Source of the DNA: Geosiphon pyriformis uo1
Taxonomy: Eukaryota > Fungi > Glomeromycota
DNA length: 64,000 nt
Assembly: GCA_016748015.1 (NCBI GenBank)
Contig: JAAOMT010000479.1
Location: 461,824 to 525,823, forward strand
Direction of reading: 5' to 3'
Below are positions 59,301 through 64,000 of this stretch, in pieces (positions within the stretch are counted from its first letter, which is position 1; each line of letters starts with the position of its first letter). Below the pieces are notes generated by a model. It saw only the letters and a list, made by a program, of their open reading frames with translations. It made no database searches and was not told where the DNA came from. Both the position numbers and the translations under genes were made by a program.

Positions 59301-60558
59301 GAATGTCATTTTTTTTTGTCTAAGAAATCTATTTTAATTTGTTAATATTCATTAACTAAATCTAAGAATGAGAACTATTTCTTATTTTTTAAATTATCCA
59401 GAATTTTTTGAATAAAAAAAATTAAGTAATTATCTCTTTAAGTGATATTGTTAAGTTTTTAATAGTTTACACAGAAATTATTTATTTTATTTTTTTTGGT
59501 AACTAATACAACAGATAAAAACCAAAAGCTTAGTAATTTTTTAATTAATTTATTATTTAGCATCTATTATTTTTTTTTTAATTAATTTATTATCAACTAA
59601 AATTATTTAATAGACTTGTTATTTAATAAATCTGGCATTTTTTATGTTAATTTTATGCTTTATAATATTAATATATCTGAATTTGTTTTTACTGGTAAAA
59701 ATATTAACATATTAATTTAAAAGAACTTTGAGTTATATTTGCTATAAAGTATTTAAATTTTCTAAGTTTAATTTATTGATTTTTTTTATTATGAATAAAA
59801 AGCTTTTTTTTAACAAGTTTTATACTTAAAAATAATATTATGTAAAATTAGAAATAAATTAGAGTTTTTTGAGATTTTAAATGTTTAGAAAAATAGAATT
59901 AATAAAAATTTTTTTGAGAATCTTAATAACATCTTTGATTAAATTATAAATAAGAATTTTAAAATATTTGTAAGCTTTGACAAGTATATATAAATTTGCA
60001 ATATTAGCTAAAAAACAGATTTTTAGAACTATTTTAAATAATAAAACTTAATTCTGAATTTTTTAATTAACTTTTAGAATGTATTGTCAATATAATTGAA
60101 TAAAAATAATAGTATTAATATAGATAAATTTTACTTTATCAATAATGTTTTTCACAAAATTAACTTGTATATTTTTTTTTATTTGACTTAAATTCTTGAA
60201 TTTTTTAAGCAATAAAACCTAATTTTTTTTGAAATTAGTTAAAAATTTTTTACAAAAAGTAGAAAGATAGTTTGTACAATTTTTTTTTAGGATTTAATTA
60301 TATAAGACTTATTAAAATTGTTTTAAATTATTATAATTATATTTTTAGTATATCTAATATTAATTATTTTTTTTTAATATTAATTTTTTTGTTTACAAAA
60401 CTAGACCAGAATGCAATTTAAACTATGATATTAATGGAAATTTTTAAAGTTAATTTAAATCTATTTTTATAAAAAAATAGAGTATTATAACTATAAAAAA
60501 ATATTTAAAATACTTTAAATTGAATTTAACATTATTTTTATATGCTTTTTGGAGCATA

Positions 60559-60589
<31 letters not shown>

Positions 60590-63500
60590 GTATTACTTTA
60601 ATTTTAATTCTTTAGAAAAATTGAAATAAGTAAAATATTGTTTTATTTTTGTAGTCATACTTAATTTTTGAAATATTATGTTTTTTATTGCTAATACATA
60701 TTCTTTTTTAGGTTTTTAAGTTTAAAAATAGAATAAAGTGTTTATAAAAATGAATTAAACAAAAAATTGTACTTATTATAATACTGAAAATAATAAAAAA
60801 TTAAATAATAATTACACAATTTTGTATTGAGATTAATTAATATTTGTTTTTATTTTTTTTAAGTAGAAACAAATTCTTAATATTAGTTTTAAAATGCTTT
60901 GGAATTACTAGTAAATAGATTATCTATTTTTTTATAATTACTAAAACATTTTTTATGATGTGTATTTCTTTAATTATGATGTCTTTCTATTTTATAATAG
61001 TTATTTTTCAAATTTTTTTTTATTGTAAAAATATAAATCCAGTTGATTTAATGTTTAATTATAAATTACAGTAAAAAAAATTTATTTTTTAGTTTAATTA
61101 TTGATTAAAATAGTATATTGACAGAATTTGTCACATATTTTTTTTTTGCTAAAGATATTATTTTATAATTTTTTATTTGATAAGATTTTGTTACATATAA
61201 GACATAATATATTGTTCTATTTTTTTAATCATTTTGGTTATTTAAATTGTTTTAATATACAAAGATAACAATAATATCTGGTAATAATTGGTCATATTTT
61301 ATTGTTTTCAATATATATATCTATTAAAAATAATTTTTTTCTACAATTAATACAAATTAATTTTAGGGATTAATATAATTAATTTCTTTAATTCAGAATT
61401 AAATAAACTAATATTAATATCTGTGATTTTTTATTAGCTCTTTTTTTTTTCTTATATGGAAGATAATAATAGCTCTATTTTGAAATTGTTAATCCAAAAA
61501 ACTTAATAAGTTTTTAAGATTGATTAAAGATAGGTTTTTCAAATTTGATTAAGAATTGTTTTAGAATTGTTGTTCTAAAATATTTATACATAACAGATAC
61601 TTTAATGTGTTGTTTATTAAAAGTAATTTGAATGTTCTAGTTAAGTGTAATATAGGTTTTAGTTAATCAATTGTTTTTTATAAAAGCTTAATATTAAGTG
61701 GCTTTTATAAAAAGTATGATTCACTTAATAACTTAATTAATCTATAAGTTGTTTTGTAATTATACTATTCATTAATTTATTGTCAATTATCAATTTAATG
61801 TTTATTTGTTTTATTTTGGTATCAGTATATATTGCTGTAATTAGTTTGTTTTAATTACTGATAGCTCTACTAAAAAAATTAATAGAGTTTAGATTATTAA
61901 TATCAAATAAAAATATGATAGCAAATATGTTATTTTTAGTAATTATAACAGAGAAAATTATAGTAAAAATAGTTTAATTGTTGTTAAAAGAAGAAAAATT
62001 GGTAATTTTAATTACAGTTTTTTTTTAAGATATAATATTACTAAAATTCAGAGTTTTTATAAGACCAAGATATAAGATCTGGTTTAAATATTCTATTAAA
62101 GTTATTTAAGATAATAGATTTCTAGTATTATAATAAATTGAATTTGATTTTTACTGTTGTTTTATCATTCTTGATTGTAATTAATAGCTTAAAATTTTGA
62201 ATTATTATATAGTAGAACTTAATACTAAGATAAAATTGTTAATATAAAAACAAAAAATATTAAAATTTTATAAATTATAGATATCTAAATTGTTCTAATA
62301 TTGGTTTTTACAATTCTAATTTGATAGTTTTTTGTAGCAATCTTTTATAATGTAACCAGATTTTTGACAATAATAACAATTATAAAAATCTTGTTTCTAA
62401 GATTGCTATTGTTGTTGGCAATATTACTGTTACTAGTATTTATTAGTATTTTCTTTATGTTATAATGACTAATAAGTTTTTGTACTTTTAACAAAAAATT
62501 CCTTAATTTTTTGAATCAATTTTTTACTTAATTAGGTAATTTTTGTATTAATATTAAAAGTTTTATTTATGACTAAATTAATAGTTTAGATATAATTGAC
62601 TTCTTGTTTTATTAATTCAAAATTTTAAGCAAGTATTATTGCTTTTTATAAGTTGTCAAAATATTGGAGTTTAATAGATTAAAAAATATTGCTCTTTAGT
62701 TTCTTAATAAATGGGTTAAAAATTTAATTTAAGATGTAATAGTTTTTTTTTATTGTTTAAATTTGGTGAAAAATTTGATTAAATCTTTCGAAATAAGTGG
62801 TTATAACTTTATAATTTTTCTGTTTTATTATGCTAAATTGATTTTGTAGTTTAATAAGCATATTTGAATTATAAAAATATTATAAAAAGGCAAGTTTAAA
62901 GGTGGCAAAATTAATTAATTTTTTATTAAAACTTTAATATTATAAGTTTACAGTTTCAATTAAAAAAAAAGATAAAACTTGAATTGTTTCAATTTTATTT
63001 CAATTATTGGTTCTAATTGCTTTTTTAGCTTTTATAATTTATGTATATATGTTGTTTTTTTTACCAAAAAACTTTTTCAGTTTAACAATGTTTCTATAAG
63101 TTATAATCTAAGTTGTTTAAGTGTAAATAAAAAAGATATTGATAAAAATATATTTGGTTGTTTTGTTAATCTTGAGACTGATTGTTTTTTTTGTTAATTG
63201 TTCTAATAGGTTACAATATAGATGTTTTTTTAAAAAAATAGTTGTTGATTTGGTTAGTAATTAAATTAAAAATAGTGTTCAAAAGAAAATACTTTTGCTT
63301 GGATTATTGGTAATTAAAATAAGACTTTTAAACAAAAATTTGTATTTTTTTAAAAATTTAGTTTAAAAGTTTTGGTTAAAGTCTTATAAATACAGATTTT
63401 TAAAAGTCTTTAAAATTTTTGATTGTAATTTGGTAAATTAATTAAGTAAAATTCTGCTTTTTGAAATTTAATAATATAAGAGAATTATTGATAAAAAAAT

Positions 63501-64000
63501 TCTTGATTTTTTATTAATCATAAGTAAAACTCTTTTTTATATAATTTATATATTATTATTAAAGTTAAACTTAAATTCTTTGAAATTGGATTTCAATATT
63601 TGTTTTTTTTTAAATAAAAGTATTACTTTTGTAAATATAACTCAATTTTTTTGTCAATTAAGAAAAAAGTTTTAGTTATAACTTTTATAGTAATTAAAAT
63701 TAAATATGCTAATAATAGTTGATAAATTTGCTCTTCAAATTTTTTTATATTTGTTGTTTAGCCTAATAAATAGTTAATTTTAGTGTGTACATAATAAATA
63801 AAATTGCTTTTAGCAGTAACAATCTTTGTTAATATTTCTAATTCTTTTCAAAAATAGTAATATAATAATTTTTTAAATAATAAATAATCTTTTTCTATAG
63901 TTTTAATAGTTACTATTTTTGTAAATTTTTGAGATGTTTTGTTTCTGTAAATTTTATAATCTTACAAGTAGCATCAAATATTACAAGTAAACTTGATAGA
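55506..64000 (-). mobile_element. Gypsy-3: heavily mutated Ty3/Gypsy element with internal deletions or insertion; probably continues past the window end
   Basis: 3' LTR 55506-~56395; IN tail (PIIIIE) 57012-57032; RH/connection ~58400-58980; dUTPase remnant ~60380-60560; Cys-rich ~60750-61150; protease context ~61700-61950; capsid ~62700-63000. The RT core is not recognisable. Confidence 0.75.

Noticed and set aside
59040-59900. Possible separate insertion replacing the Gypsy-3 RT core
   Set aside because: Too degraded to define termini or identity by eye.

Overview
Eukaryotic, AT-rich fungal genomic DNA. The TE content and short GT-AG introns fit an arbuscular-mycorrhizal or Glomeromycotina-type genome (inference). 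A CpG-rich island of about 6 kb (31.6-37.8 kb) holds three spliced host genes: a Src1/Man1-family nuclear-envelope protein, an inositol polyphosphate 5-phosphatase and COQ3. The rest is nested, decayed retroelements. There are five RNase H-bearing LINE copies: three complete, one running off the window start, and one 5' stub. There is one complete Ty3/Gypsy LTR element (8474-18346) inside LINE-2, a solo LTR of the same family inside LINE-4, and two older related Gypsy elements on the minus strand (48.1-54 kb and 55.5-64 kb). All TEs are eroded by C>T/G>A transitions, down to near-pure AT ghosts. The most unusual signals are in three places. (1) The Gypsy lineage looks tricistronic: Gag-PR-Cys-rich domain-dUTPase-RT-RH, then a stop, a separately initiated integrase ending in a conserved EPIVVIE tail, and a third non-Env ORF running into the 3' LTR. 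(2) The LINEs share an AUGA stop/start overlap and a conserved, probably pseudoknotted 3' UTR. (3) The Src1-like protein has no visible LEM domain and instead carries two LYPSL (ALIX/Bro1-type) motifs. All alignments were done by eye; coordinates in degraded regions are approximate.
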